Below, one piece after another: positions 22,759-34,362 of a stretch of 64,000 bases of DNA. The notes below the pieces were generated by a model. That model was not told where the DNA came from. It did no database searches and saw only the letters and a list, made by a program, of their open reading frames with translations. Numbering within the stretch: position 1 is the first letter of the stretch; every line of letters starts with the position of its first letter. The translations under genes and the position numbers were made by a program. This DNA is from Magallana gigas (lineage: Eukaryota). The stretch is taken from assembly GCF_963853765.1 (NCBI RefSeq), contig NC_088857.1, forward strand, positions 38,812,001 through 38,876,000, in the 5' to 3' direction.

Positions 22759-24183
22759 TCACGTAGCTGACTTCAGAGATTTCTCTTGTTCCGTCTTCCA
22801 AAACGAACGATATAGAGAAAAAACCTCTTCCCGAAATTTTACATCAAAGAAAAAATAAAATATGGGATTGGCCATATTATTGATATTGTACAACCGGAAA
22901 GCAATCAAATAGAAAGTAAGTTGCGATGACGTCATATTGTTTTCGTAATCAGGATTTGTGATATAAACAATAACTATGATGACATATGGAAAGAAACTTG
23001 CAATAAACAGCAATGTGATCGCCACGAGAACTTTCGTAATCTTCTTTTCCTTTCTCTCTACAGGAAACATTTTCTTCAGATTTTTCAGGTCGAATTCTCT
23101 CGGGTTTTTTACACCACATGTATCAGGAACAATTTCCGGTTGAGTGACTTTTCTATTAACGTTTTCTGCCAACTGGTTCGTTTCTTTTTGACCATCATTA
23201 TCGTGTTGGTTTATCCCGTTTACATTTCTCGATCCAAGCTTTTGATCTCTGACGTTACTAACATCTGCTTGTTTCTTTTCGATATCAACTGTTTTTGTTT
23301 CACTTTTAAAAAAGTTTTTCTTTGGAATTCTCTTGAACAAACTTTTACTGATATCATCTTGTTGTCGTGTATTGGGATCGGGTAATTCTTCGCAGCTGTG
23401 AGATAGACGAGAAACATGTTTAGGCTGTGAGGAAAATTTATGTTTAAAGAGGTCAGAAGATGAACAGAAAGAACGATTTAGTTTCACTGAATCGCAATGA
23501 TTTTTATCAAGTCTTGCTCTTATCCTACGCTCGTGTCTCTTTAGGCTATAACCAATAATAGCGTATATAACAGAGAGAGAAATCATGCAGACTATGATGA
23601 GGAGAGTTAGGAAGCCAGCGTACGCGTATCCAAAGAGAGGACGATCCTTCATGTGATCACCCCATGTGCATTCCTTCCCCGTTTGTACTTCATTAAGTTC
23701 AATTGTTTTCGTACCATATATATAGAGTACTGGGAGAGACACCACAACTGTCGAAATAATAACAATTACGACATATTTCTTGGCTCGTATTTCAGTCATC
23801 TGAATTCCATAAGGCTTGCAGATTTTTCGGTAGCGTTCTGAAGCTATAAGCACTAATGTGAAAGCACATGACAACGCTACACAAAAATTCACAAACCGGA
23901 ATATCTTGCAGGACATGGTATCACTGTAACTATAAGGCAGGGACTCGTCCACAATTTCAAATGGCATTGACACACAACATCCAATCAAATCTATGACAGC
24001 CAGTGACAACACGAAACACCGGTAAGTTGTCTTTTTAAAACGCGCATAATACAGAAACAACACATGGCAATTTCCTATTATACCAAGAATGGCAATCACT
24101 CCAATAAAGACTCGAACCGGGATTCTGGTTATCAAAGCCTCTGAAGTAAGTTCATCAATAGTTTTGTTCGATTCGGAATTCAT
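22759..24183 (-). CDS. Orphan rhodopsin-class (class A) GPCR, peptide-receptor-like, single coding exon, 474 aa
   Basis: Seven hydrophobic segments; TM1 GIIGN, TM2 LAVID, TM3 ERY, TM6 FIASFFP, TM7 NNMANPIFY, helix 8 FDVKFR; long hydrophilic third intracellular loop. Confidence 0.92.
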   Translation of the reverse strand: MNSESNKTIDELTSEALITRIPVRVFIGVIAILGIIGNCHVLFLYYARFKKTTYRCFVLSLAVIDLIGCCVSMPFEIVDESLPYSYSDTMSCKIFRFVNFCVALSCAFTLVLIASERYRKICKPYGIQMTEIRAKKYVVIVIISTVVVSLPVLYIYGTKTIELNEVQTGKECTWGDHMKDRPLFGYAYAGFLTLLIIVCMISLSVIYAIIGYSLKRHERRIRARLDKNHCDSVKLNRSFCSSSDLFKHKFSSQPKHVSRLSHSCEELPDPNTRQQDDISKSLFKRIPKKNFFKSETKTVDIEKKQADVSNVRDQKLGSRNVNGINQHDNDGQKETNQLAENVNRKVTQPEIVPDTCGVKNPREFDLKNLKKMFPVERKEKKITKVLVAITLLFIASFFPYVIIVIVYITNPDYENNMTSSQLTFYLIAFRLYNINNMANPIFYFFFDVKFREEVFSLYRSFWKTEQEKSLKSAT

Positions 24184-24290
24184 TGTACTTGAATGCTGCA
24201 GAAATTAGACTGAATCAAGGTGCACACCTCATGGTAGGTTGGAAACGCAATGAGTGCGGTTAATGTCGATTTTACAGCGAGCTATTATGT

Positions 24291-25079
24291 AGTTGGCAGT
24301 CGATATACACAGCGTGAGTCTGTAAAGCGAAATGTCTGTAGAGAAAGTTAACTCTTGGAACAGAGATATTTTCATTTTTTGAGGAAATAACATTTATTAA
24401 CATACAAAGAATAGAAATTGTACAAATTTTTAATTATTTTAAAAAGATTTGCTCATTGTGTTATTATCGCCTTTTTTTTTTGGTGTCCCTGGAATTCCAA
24501 CGATAGTAACTTAATAATTGTTAACAATTGTCATGAAAACTTCCACAGAGAAATGGGTTAATTATCGGTTAGCGAGGGCTCGTAGTACATCAGTTCTCAG
24601 AGGAAGACGGTGAGTGGTTTGTAACTCTTGTTAAAAAAAGGAAAAATTCTGTAGTTCAGATATTGTAAACATTTCCATTTTTTTTTTCAAATCATCTCAG
24701 TTAAGAGAACAAAATTGATCGAAAGTAAACTTAAAAGTATCAGACAGCGGCAGATTGAGACATTATAGATACTTCAAAGTGTAATAACTTTTTAAAATGC
24801 ATATTATAGTCAAATATTGTACGATTTGTAAATACAAGTATTAAACAGGAGATACCTCGTTGAATATGATGTACATTTATCAGCATCGATATCGCAAATT
24901 GTCCCTTATATAACATTACGTCAGTAGATGTTTATAATACGTCCCTGGTCCCATACAACCGCTATCATGTAAGTAAAACTTTTATATCGTTGATACTGAA
25001 CATTTGAAAAAGTTAGCAGTCGATATACACAGCGAGAGTCTGTAGAACGAATTGTCATTAGAGAAAGTTAACTTGTGAA
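24291..25079. repeat. Pair of ~70-bp direct repeats (24291-24358 and 25011-25079) upstream of the GPCR
   Basis: AGTT(G/A)GCAGTCGATATACACAGCG(T/A)GAGTCTGTA...AGAGAAAGTTAACT occurs twice, 720 bp apart. Confidence 0.75.
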
Positions 25080-25316
25080 GCAGGTTTTTAACAAATAAAA
25101 AGAGATACAAATTCAAAATACAAAGAAATACGTAAAATTCAATAAAAACCGAATAAAATCATTTTCTAATCAAATACTATAGTAATGAAAGCTCGATCAC
25201 TAGATCAGATTTATTGTCATAAGATTAGAGAGTTCAGTTCTCTTCATTCTAAAGATCGAATACCAGGGCATGTATTATTCACCTTTATCCTGAACTATAA
25301 CTGTGCTTCATCCTTC

Positions 25317-25862
25317 GTAATGAATTGTGCAATGGTGAACAAAAGTCCATTAGAGTAAATGATTCATGCATCTTGTGTCAATCTTTGAATGCAAACATCA
25401 GACATCAGCTTCTTGCATATCCGACGCTTCGGCGATAGAGATACAAAAGTATCCATTACAAAATGTTATAACGAATATAACAATTGCATCATTGTCCATT
25501 TTAAAACATCAGACCCCAAAAATCGTGTATATATTTTTTACTTTTCGTCCGCGTTAAATTAAAAAAAAAAACACCTTGTGAAACTATCCTTAGTAATGGA
25601 TTGCGCAATGGTGAACAAAAGTCCATTAGAGTAAATGATTCATGCATCTTGTGTCAGTCTTTGAATGCAAACATCAGACATCAGCTTCTTGCATATCCGA
25701 CGCTTCGGCGATAGAGATACAAAAGTATCCATTACAAAATGTTATAACGAATATAACAATTGCATCATTGTCCATTTTAAAACATCAGACCCCAAAAATC
25801 GTGTATATATTTTTTACTTTTCGTCCGCGTTAAATTAAAAAAAAAAACCTTGTGAAACTATC
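25317..25862. repeat. Near-perfect tandem duplication, period 276 bp
   Basis: ORFs 25366-25557 and 25642-25833 differ by one residue; the unit runs from GTAATG...GCAATGGTGAACAAAAG to CCTTGTGAAACTATC. Confidence 0.92.
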
Positions 25863-26689
25863 GAAGTCATTAACATGTTTTCTGATATTCTATTATGTAA
25901 TTATATGTCATTTTTTGAAATTCATTTCTTGAAGACCGCGCCAATCCTCTCCACAATACCATCATTGTGTTATGGTTAGTGCAAAACAAGGGACAAGGAT
26001 CTATGCAAACAAGCATGCTTGTATAACTCAATTTAATCTACATGTTAAAAAAGCAGATTTCAAAAGAAATCTTCTTATGTCATGAGTCTATTAAGCACCC
26101 ACTTGCTAGCACGTACAAGAATGTTCTTGTAGTGTGTATCGAACGTTGTTTTTTATTCATCCCCTTTTTGTTTCGTTTTCTAATACCGATGTATTTACAT
26201 TTTAAGCTTGGTGATTAAGATCCAATTAGTAGCACATGCATTAATTTCTCTGACAGCGTGTATCCTTCAATCTTTTGATGGGGCTTTTTTTTTTAGTTTG
26301 AGTATCGCCTCCAGAAAATACAACTTGGCTGATTGATGAAAGCAGCTGAATCATCGAAACATACCAGAGGCCATCTGAAGTGTCAAAATAACTAAATATC
26401 GATCTGTTGAGGGTTTTTTTGCCCTTAAGAAAACATTTATCTCTCTTTTTTAAAATGATTGAACATTACGCGTCAAATTATGGTTATTCGATAGGGATCG
26501 AATTTCTGAATGAAAAAGAGGATAATTTTTTTTTTCAAAGTGCGATTTTCTTTTTTACACAAGAGCATGTCAAGGCGAGGTATGCCGAGATATATTTGAA
26601 TTTTCCTGTACATCTAGGAAAATGTAAACAATTCATTTTCTATTTCTATTTCGAGTGAAGGGTAATAAATTTGCCCTTATCCTACTATG

Positions 26690-28973
26690 TTAACAGTCGA
26701 TGCAATCAGAGCTGAATGAAGCTCTCAGCATGCTCTCCACTGAAACATTATTTGATGAATTATCTATGTGGGAGGTCAAGTAAAGGAAACGTGGAGAAAT
26801 TAAAAGTTTTGTGTATCTATTTATCTAGCTTTCATTTTCTAAGTTTCTTTGGCAAAATATCAATGTTAAACTAATTAAAAGAACAAAAAAAACCCTTCAA
26901 CACTGCGTCATCGAGTACTAGACTAGTATCAGTTGCAGTACGAAAAATGTATTAAAACATTTTCAAAATATCTAAACCATAGCGACATTAACGATACAAA
27001 AGAAAGAATTTTAAAATTGTGTCTTATATCCGGCATTACAGTATGATAAAGTGTATTGTTGACACCGTTTTTCTGTACTTCCATTCAGGAACCTTACCTT
27101 TGCTGATCATTTCGATGGTGGTGCACTGGTGGTTTTTCTCCAACTTTCTTAATGCCGGATATTTGGGATATATCGCCAAGAGAGGCGTAAATGTTGACAA
27201 CAGATACCACTTCAACCACATCACCGATTTGTTCACTTTATAACATTACAGAATGAAATAATTTTCTGAAACAATTTTGTTAATGTCTTGACAAAATATT
27301 TAGAGAATACGTCATTTGTTACCTTTTTCATTACCTTTTTCGTCAGAGCATAATTAACATACACATCCTTCAGCAACACTGAACTCGTTCACTGGAAGAG
27401 ATAGTCTCTGTAAACGGATCATCATCACCTGAGGAAATACATAACTATAATTGTTGTCTGAGATACATTTTATATGATTAATGAAAAATGTAAAATGTAG
27501 CATTTCAGTGAAGAAAAATATATATTCTGAACTATATAGGGTTCCTGTCGAGAACCAAAGAAAATAACAGACTGCAAGAAATGACGTCAAACTAAAATTC
27601 CCATTCGTACTATTTCTTCTACCGAATGTACTGATGTACATCAACAATACCGCTAAAATACATGTAGTTACATTTATTTTATACCTATTTTTGATTTATT
27701 AAATTTTGTAAAGGTAAATAAAAATAATAGATTACTTTTTTTTATGATACATTCATTTAAAAAGCATTTGTAACTGGCAATGTCACACCTTTTTCGTGAT
27801 CAACAGAACACTACAAAAGATATAAAGCTGAACTTTATATAAAAATTTATATGTGTGTCTATCTTTTTTATGAATGTTATTTTTTCTCTGATGCTGATGG
27901 ATTTGCGTACCTTGTTGTCATAATTATGTTAAAGACATTTCAATGGTTAAATCATACTTTGGTTGTAAAATATCAAGGTTATCACATTCTTAAACTGTAC
28001 GACTCACTGTCACTATGGCCTTTGACCTTTATTGTTTCATTCTCTTGAGGGTTCTAGTTGCTGTTAGATTTTATTATAGCCGTTTGATCCAATCTAATGA
28101 ATTAACTTTTTAGACTTGGAAAAACAGTCCGACTTTTTTCCCCCATACTTTTGGCATTCGTGAAGATATTAAAGTTCTGATTATTGTATAATTTATATCG
28201 CCATTGATAGCAGAACTTAAAAAGGGTAAATGCATTATGGATGGTCCACAATATATACAAAGAATTGAAAAGAATAACTCGGGCACATGGATAAGATTGC
28301 TGGTGTGTTGGTGTTGTTCTGCCTGAGAACAATTTAAAGCAACTGCAAATAGAATATTGGGTTAAACAAGTTGGGAATCAATGCTCTTGAAACCGGGAAT
28401 TCATTGTAGTTCACATTAAATATTAATGTTTTACAAGCTTTAAAATATTTCATTACATTGATTGCTCTTTGTCCTAATTTGCAGATTGACTTTACTTTTT
28501 GCGTTAGTTATACATTAATCATGACTGAATAAAATTTATTTGCTTATCAATCAAAACCAGACAATACAGTTTTAACTGAATCAAGTCTCAAATATCAATT
28601 TCAAAATATCTTTTCTGGTATTATAATAACGAAGGCAATATCTCTCTAGTTTGAGCTTTCAGCATTTTTCCGTTTAGGGGAATTTTATTCATTAACCCTA
28701 CTTTCCAATCTTTTGGGATTTCCTGTGCTGAAAATATTATTTAGGATCCACACAGTAGGTTAAACAAATCAATAGATTTTTCATTGTCAGCGTGAGGATT
28801 AAGCTATGGTACTGTAAATACCCGCAAGTTGTTTGTTTTTAAGTTCGACTGACCGCTGAATACAACTGCTTTCCTATTTGGTTCACAATCATATTCCATT
28901 ACGTCTCTAACTTCTTCGTGTTTGTCAGCAGTTTGTGTCGATATCAGCTTGGTCAGTGGTTCTTGAAAGTGAT
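26690..28973 (-). other. Putative chain of short spliced exons; unidentified gene, pseudogene or lncRNA
   Basis: Phase-compatible GT-AG segments 28973-28822, 28322-28149, 28053-28008, 27652-(?), 27428-(?), 27235-27098, 26763-26690. The translation resembles no family I recognise. Confidence 0.3.
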
Positions 28974-29599
28974 CTGCGAGAAATGTATAATTAAATGTTT
29001 TTTTTAAAGATGTTTTAGCGTCACATTTTGTTAAAAATTTCATTTCATTAATTCATTCATTCACTAGAACTAGACTAACGAATACTTCTCTCTAATTTAT
29101 TCATCCATTGCCCAAAATTACATAAAACAAACATTTTTAAAAAATCAGTCTTGTATTATATATGTAGAGGGTCTGATTTTTTTAAAATTTGTTTTAGGTA
29201 ATTTTGGGTTATGAATGTATAAATTAGATTAGAAATATGTCATAAAAGAATAATTTAATAATGAAATAATAATAAAGTCCCGGGGGTATCTAATCTTGGG
29301 GGGGGGGGGGGTGGATGGGGGGGGGGGGGTCGATCCTGTCCTCAAGCGCCTGTGACAGCTTTGGGACCTTTTAATTTCTGAGTTGAAGAAAAATTCCTAA
29401 ATATTTTGTTGGAATGCAGTGGCGTAGCTACATTGAAGCAATTTTAGCATGTGCGTACAATTTTTTTTCTGAATCTATTTAAAAAAAAAAACCAGAGATA
29501 TATTTTCAGTGCAAATCACGACAAAATTTTGCATTTGTGCCAGAACTTTCCTGAAGCATCCCGAACTTCTTGTTCTTATACATGTAGTCGCACGGAGCA

Positions 29600-29899
29600 T
29601 CTGTCGATATTAATGTGGATTTTAGTACATTAATTATAATTGAAATACTTTCACTGGTTTGGAATTTTCCTTCACAATATCTAACCAAAAAACACGTTTT
29701 AGAAAATATTGGAAAGGTAAAAAAATAAAATACCTAGTGGGATTCAAACACATGATTTACAGGTCCGTAATAAGCCCTCCAACCCACTGTGCTACGCTGT
29801 AAAATGAAAATAATGGGGGGAAACCATTTTAAAAATTATATATATTTTTTTTTATTTCGATAAATGATATGACACAAATTGATGGTGTCCCATACCACC
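29600..29899. mobile_element. Truncated MITE of the GGTGGTATGGGACACC-terminus family (right end intact)
   Basis: Ends GGTGTCCCATACCACC-TTAC at 29884-29903; internal similarity to 7829-8070. Confidence 0.5.
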
Positions 29900-31257
29900 T
29901 TACATGTAAATAATGAATTTTCCAATTATCAAATTAAATCTATTCAGTTAACAAATTTTTCAAAAGAGCAGTCCTCATGCAATTCACCTCACTTTAAATC
30001 TGCCAGTACCAGAATAACATGCTTCCAGATTTACTTTTTGCGTACTGCGTCATCAAAAAGTGGTGTACAGAGCCACCTTAATTGTTGTCATAATCAGAAG
30101 TAAAACATCTATTTTGACTCATCGTGTCAATTGAATGATGGCAAAGGGTTTTAAATATCGAGATTACATGAATTTCCAGAGGTTCCCAACAGTTAAACTG
30201 GAGATCTTGTGATAATTCTCGTAAGAGATTGATGAAAAGTTATCGTGACGTGGACGTGAAGTTTATTTGCACACAACAAATTTCTAAAATGCGTCAATAC
30301 CGATATCTTTTTTGATGGGTTAGAAACTGCCTTTGGTTATAAAGCATTAATACAATGTAACTAATATAAATGCTATGTGAAGCATCAAATTCTTAGTTTA
30401 GTGTAGTATTTTAACATGAATTGATTCTAAGTATCATTTTGAATACTTGGTTTAAAATCATGAAAGGTGAACTTTGTAAGACATGGAATGTTCACTTTGT
30501 TATAAAGCATCCTTTTGTTGTTTTTTTATCATTATGAAATTTTGGTAGATTAATTAGAATGAAAAGTTTCTGCAAACACAACGGAATTTGATAATAAATC
30601 ATTTAAGAATATCTTATTTCCTGTATTTGATGACAATGCCCATTATTGATTAGTAGTTAGAGCCATCTAAAGGTAAAATCATTTTCCATCAAGTATTAGC
30701 TGTGACACAATAGAAGCTCTCATTTCTGACTCAGTTCATTCATTAATATTTCACAATATCAAGCGACTTTCTCGGGCAGAGTTTGGAAAAACACATCGAA
30801 TGTATTAACAATACCGGATGTTAGAATTTTACACAACATAATAATAACATTATAAGTCATTTGATCATTTTCCAACCCAGATCTTGTCAGAAATCGTTGC
30901 ATGGAGAAATTGAAGAACGTTCAGATTACTAATTTTAATCATGTTTTTTTTGTCTTCGGGAACAAATAATAAAGAACTCCACTATTCGACAACCGGACCC
31001 CTGTGGTGCCTTCACTTGTAGAGTGTATTTACATGTGCATTTACTGTGTCATTTTAAATCAGAATGCATTGCATATGTTCGAAAAGAGGATTTGCAATTT
31101 TAAAGCAAGTGTCAAGATTGGATTATCATTTGAAGGAAAGAATTGAAATTGTTTAATGAACAGTTGAACACCTTTTACAATACTGGAAAATTCCCTATGC
31201 ATTAACACAACATCAAATGTATAAATTGCCACAACTATAAGCAATTCAGACTAGCAA

Positions 31258-32216
31258 TTTTTTTACGGGCCGCCGGAAGGCGGTCCGTTATTTGATACAC
31301 ATTTAAATATTGTTACTGCGTTTCTGCGGGATAGTTCTTTTTTATTAGAATTAATACTATGCTTATTTTTATGAATTAAAAGTCAATTTGCATGTAGAAA
31401 TATGTTTTATGCCTTTTAGAAAATATCACATATTTTTTCTTTTACTCGTAAATGAAAGGTAGGTCAAACTTAGTAAATTGTCGTATTTGGCGCGTTTTTA
31501 TCGAGACTATAATCTATTCGGAAAATATCGGAGTTCTTCATTCTTTTCAAAATCGGTATGCGGGACATACTAAAGACCTAAAATATTAAAGACCTGAATG
31601 TCATTAAATTTTATATGAATGATATTTTTGAATTTCTATGTGCCGTGTCAAATAAAAAGAGTTTGTGTGTGTATTTATTATATTTCCATGTAAAATGTGG
31701 TAGAAAATTTCATGAAATGACATTATATCAACTATTTACGCAAGAATATGACAGAAATGAAAATTTGAATTGACTGAAAAATTTGAACTAATAAATTTTT
31801 ATTTTATTATGAGGTCCCTTGAAATCATGCTAATACATTAAGTTTTCATTCAATACAATGCAACCAAAATAACCCAAAATGGTTTGAAATACATAATCTC
31901 CAAGAGAAAAATGATGAGTTGCACTTTGTATTAGAGTAATGTACAAATCAATGTGTTCTCCATTACTTTATACTATGGCAATGATCATACAATTTCCGTT
32001 AGAAATGCTTACAGTAACGAAATCGATTCTTTAAGATAATAGTAAAACTTCAAAACAAGTTGCTGAAAGTATGTTAAAATTTACCATAAAAATTAGAACA
32101 ACCAACTCTTATTTTCTTCTTTGTGGTGTGTTTTTATGTAAACGACCAATGATTCATACAACAATTATATTTTTTGCGGCCCATTTGACGCTTGCGTCAA
32201 TATGATTTCTTGTTTT
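31258..32216 (+). mobile_element. Helentron/HINE (DINE-1-like) non-autonomous element
   Basis: 5' T-run, then hairpin ACGGGCCGCC-GGAA-GGCGGTCCGT (31265-31288). 3' subterminal inverted repeat GCGGCCC (32176-32182), palindrome TTGACGC-TT-GCGTCAA, and terminal TCTTGTTTT. Confidence 0.6.
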
Positions 32217-32866
32217 ATTTATTATACATGACTAGTACATCAGTGTCTAATCACCCACCGATACAATGTAAAACATTATATATTTGTATCATTAAAAATA
32301 TACATATACAATGAAAGTTTATATAACTTTTATCGTAAAAATTATATAGATTTTTTTTCATATAAACCTTGTCTCAAGCAAAAGGTACTTTTCGCAGCTA
32401 GTGGTATATTACTCAAAGGTCCATAACTCATTATAAACATTCAACATTGATTCCAAAATTGATAAACTTCTCACTTTTTTATCTAAGTGAATTTTCAGAC
32501 TATAGTTCTGGTGGTCTTTGTTACCTTAAACTGTATATCATTCATGTTAAAATTTTATTTCTAAAATTTGAAAATAAATATTTCCAGCCAGTTTACAAAG
32601 ACATGATTGCCGTATATAACGTGATGAAATAGCACTTTCTTTCATTAGATATAAATTTTCCTACGAAATATTTTATTTTTAGTGATTGCTAATGACAAAA
32701 CCACAAAAATAATTTCAAGTTCTCTGCTGATGGTGACAGAGTTTGTGTTCTCGGGGATATATGATTATTGGGAGGAGGGGGGGGGGGAGCTTTTCACTGT
32801 ACATGATAAAATGCGAGTGATGGCCCATTGACCATATATATTTAGAGAACAATAAGATCAAAGATC

Positions 32867-32869
<3 letters not shown>

Positions 32870-32947
<78 letters not shown>
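32870..32947. repeat. (AG)n microsatellite
   Basis: Directly visible perfect run. Confidence 0.95.
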
Positions 32948-32950
<3 letters not shown>

Positions 32951-34362
32951 CAAAGTAATATCCAGAAATGATATAATATTTTACTACAAACATAAAGGTT
33001 CTTTCATCTGCAAACTGATATAAGAACAAACTGGAATAAGAGATAGCAACTCTAGAATATCTTTAAGCTAAAAAAAATTTATGATTATTTTGATCTAAGT
33101 CTTATTTTTTCATAGTTAACTCAATTTGTAAAATTGAAATTGGGGTTACAAATGGGTCCGTCTACGTTCGTCAACGTTTTATAGCCTCGGAGCATGAATT
33201 GATATTATATGCAAGGACTTACGTCATATTGTAAAAGTAGCTACTTGCGTCGTAGCCGTATACTGGTTCATATTTACTCAAATAAGCTATGATGTTCACT
33301 CCCCTGTAATTAATTTCTTAATCATTTTATGCCTTCCCACTCCTACCTATTCTATCAAATGCAATTTACAATCATATCAATCTTCATGTATTGGCAGCAT
33401 TAATTGATTTTGAAATATTCACCATTGAATTAATCACAATCCTTTTCAAACTTTTTTCTATAAACCCCTTTAAACCCCTTTTCGTAATTGCTGATGAGCA
33501 TGTTTTTCAATTAAAACTCTATTGTGACTTTAATGGGAATGATCACAATATTTAGATAGGCACCCATTCAACTTTAGAATATTGCTAAATTAAAGGATGT
33601 TTATCAAGGAATCACAATAATGTGTGGAAAACTTTTTGAGTTCGAACTCATTTGATATACCGATACCACTCTGATAACAGTAAATTACACAGTTTCGACT
33701 TTAGATATTCAGTTTAAGTTTACCTGACCCGAATGAGATTTTTACATCGTTTGACGTCTGTCGTCGTTGATGTTCTCAGACTATTGATAAGAAATGATCT
33801 ATAATATAAGTTTATCGTTAGAAATTAATGAAAGTAAGTTAGATAAGTATTAATTTGCAAATCATAAGGTATGGATTTTTTAAATTTACAAACGTTATAG
33901 TTTTTTCGGATGGAGAAGACATTGTTACTGTTTTTGCCTTGACAGCTATAGTTAATGCTAAATGTCTTGTCACATACAAAATATAAAAAAGAACATGAAA
34001 ACATAGTTGTTGGGTTTTTTCCATTTTTATTCGTGCAATTTAAGAATTTCAAATCCGTTGAAATATAGAATCGTACGCAAACCATAAGGCTTAAATCTTA
34101 ATAACAGACAGCATTTAAAGAAAAACAAAATAGAAATAAGTAAAGACTCGCGTTTCCGCGACCCGATTGCCCCCAACCTATAGGTATCATATACATATCT
34201 GGGAAAAGCATATAGTCAAGAGGGGATCCTTCCAAAGTTTATCTGTTTACGTCTTATCACGAGAAAATTTTAAATGAATGAATTAGATAGTTTGATAATT
34301 TTGTTATTCCTAGTATAACAATAAACGGAATTTAGACGGGTAATTATTAAAGAACAATCTGT

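Noticed and set aside
25366-25833. Two near-identical 63-aa ORFs suggesting a duplicated small gene
   Set aside because: A by-product of the 276-bp tandem duplication; no recognisable motif or supporting splice and polyA context.
25317-25862. CRISPR-like or other prokaryotic repeat arrays
   Set aside because: No short repeat-spacer periodicity here or elsewhere in the window, and the sequence is eukaryotic with spliceosomal introns.
29299-29329. Poly-G tracts with G-quadruplex potential (also ~58282, ~60108 and C-runs at ~49250, ~58680, ~62755)
   Set aside because: Homopolymer runs recur throughout the window without positional pattern; no evidence of function.
7813-29899. Matching inverted termini (GGTGGTATGGGACACC / GGTGTCCCATACCACC) 22 kb apart, enclosing the toxin, receptor and GPCR like a giant composite transposon
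   Set aside because: Each terminus is attached to its own copy of the same ~300-bp internal sequence in the same orientation, and the flanks differ (TTAA vs TTAC). Two separately truncated MITE copies explain it more simply.
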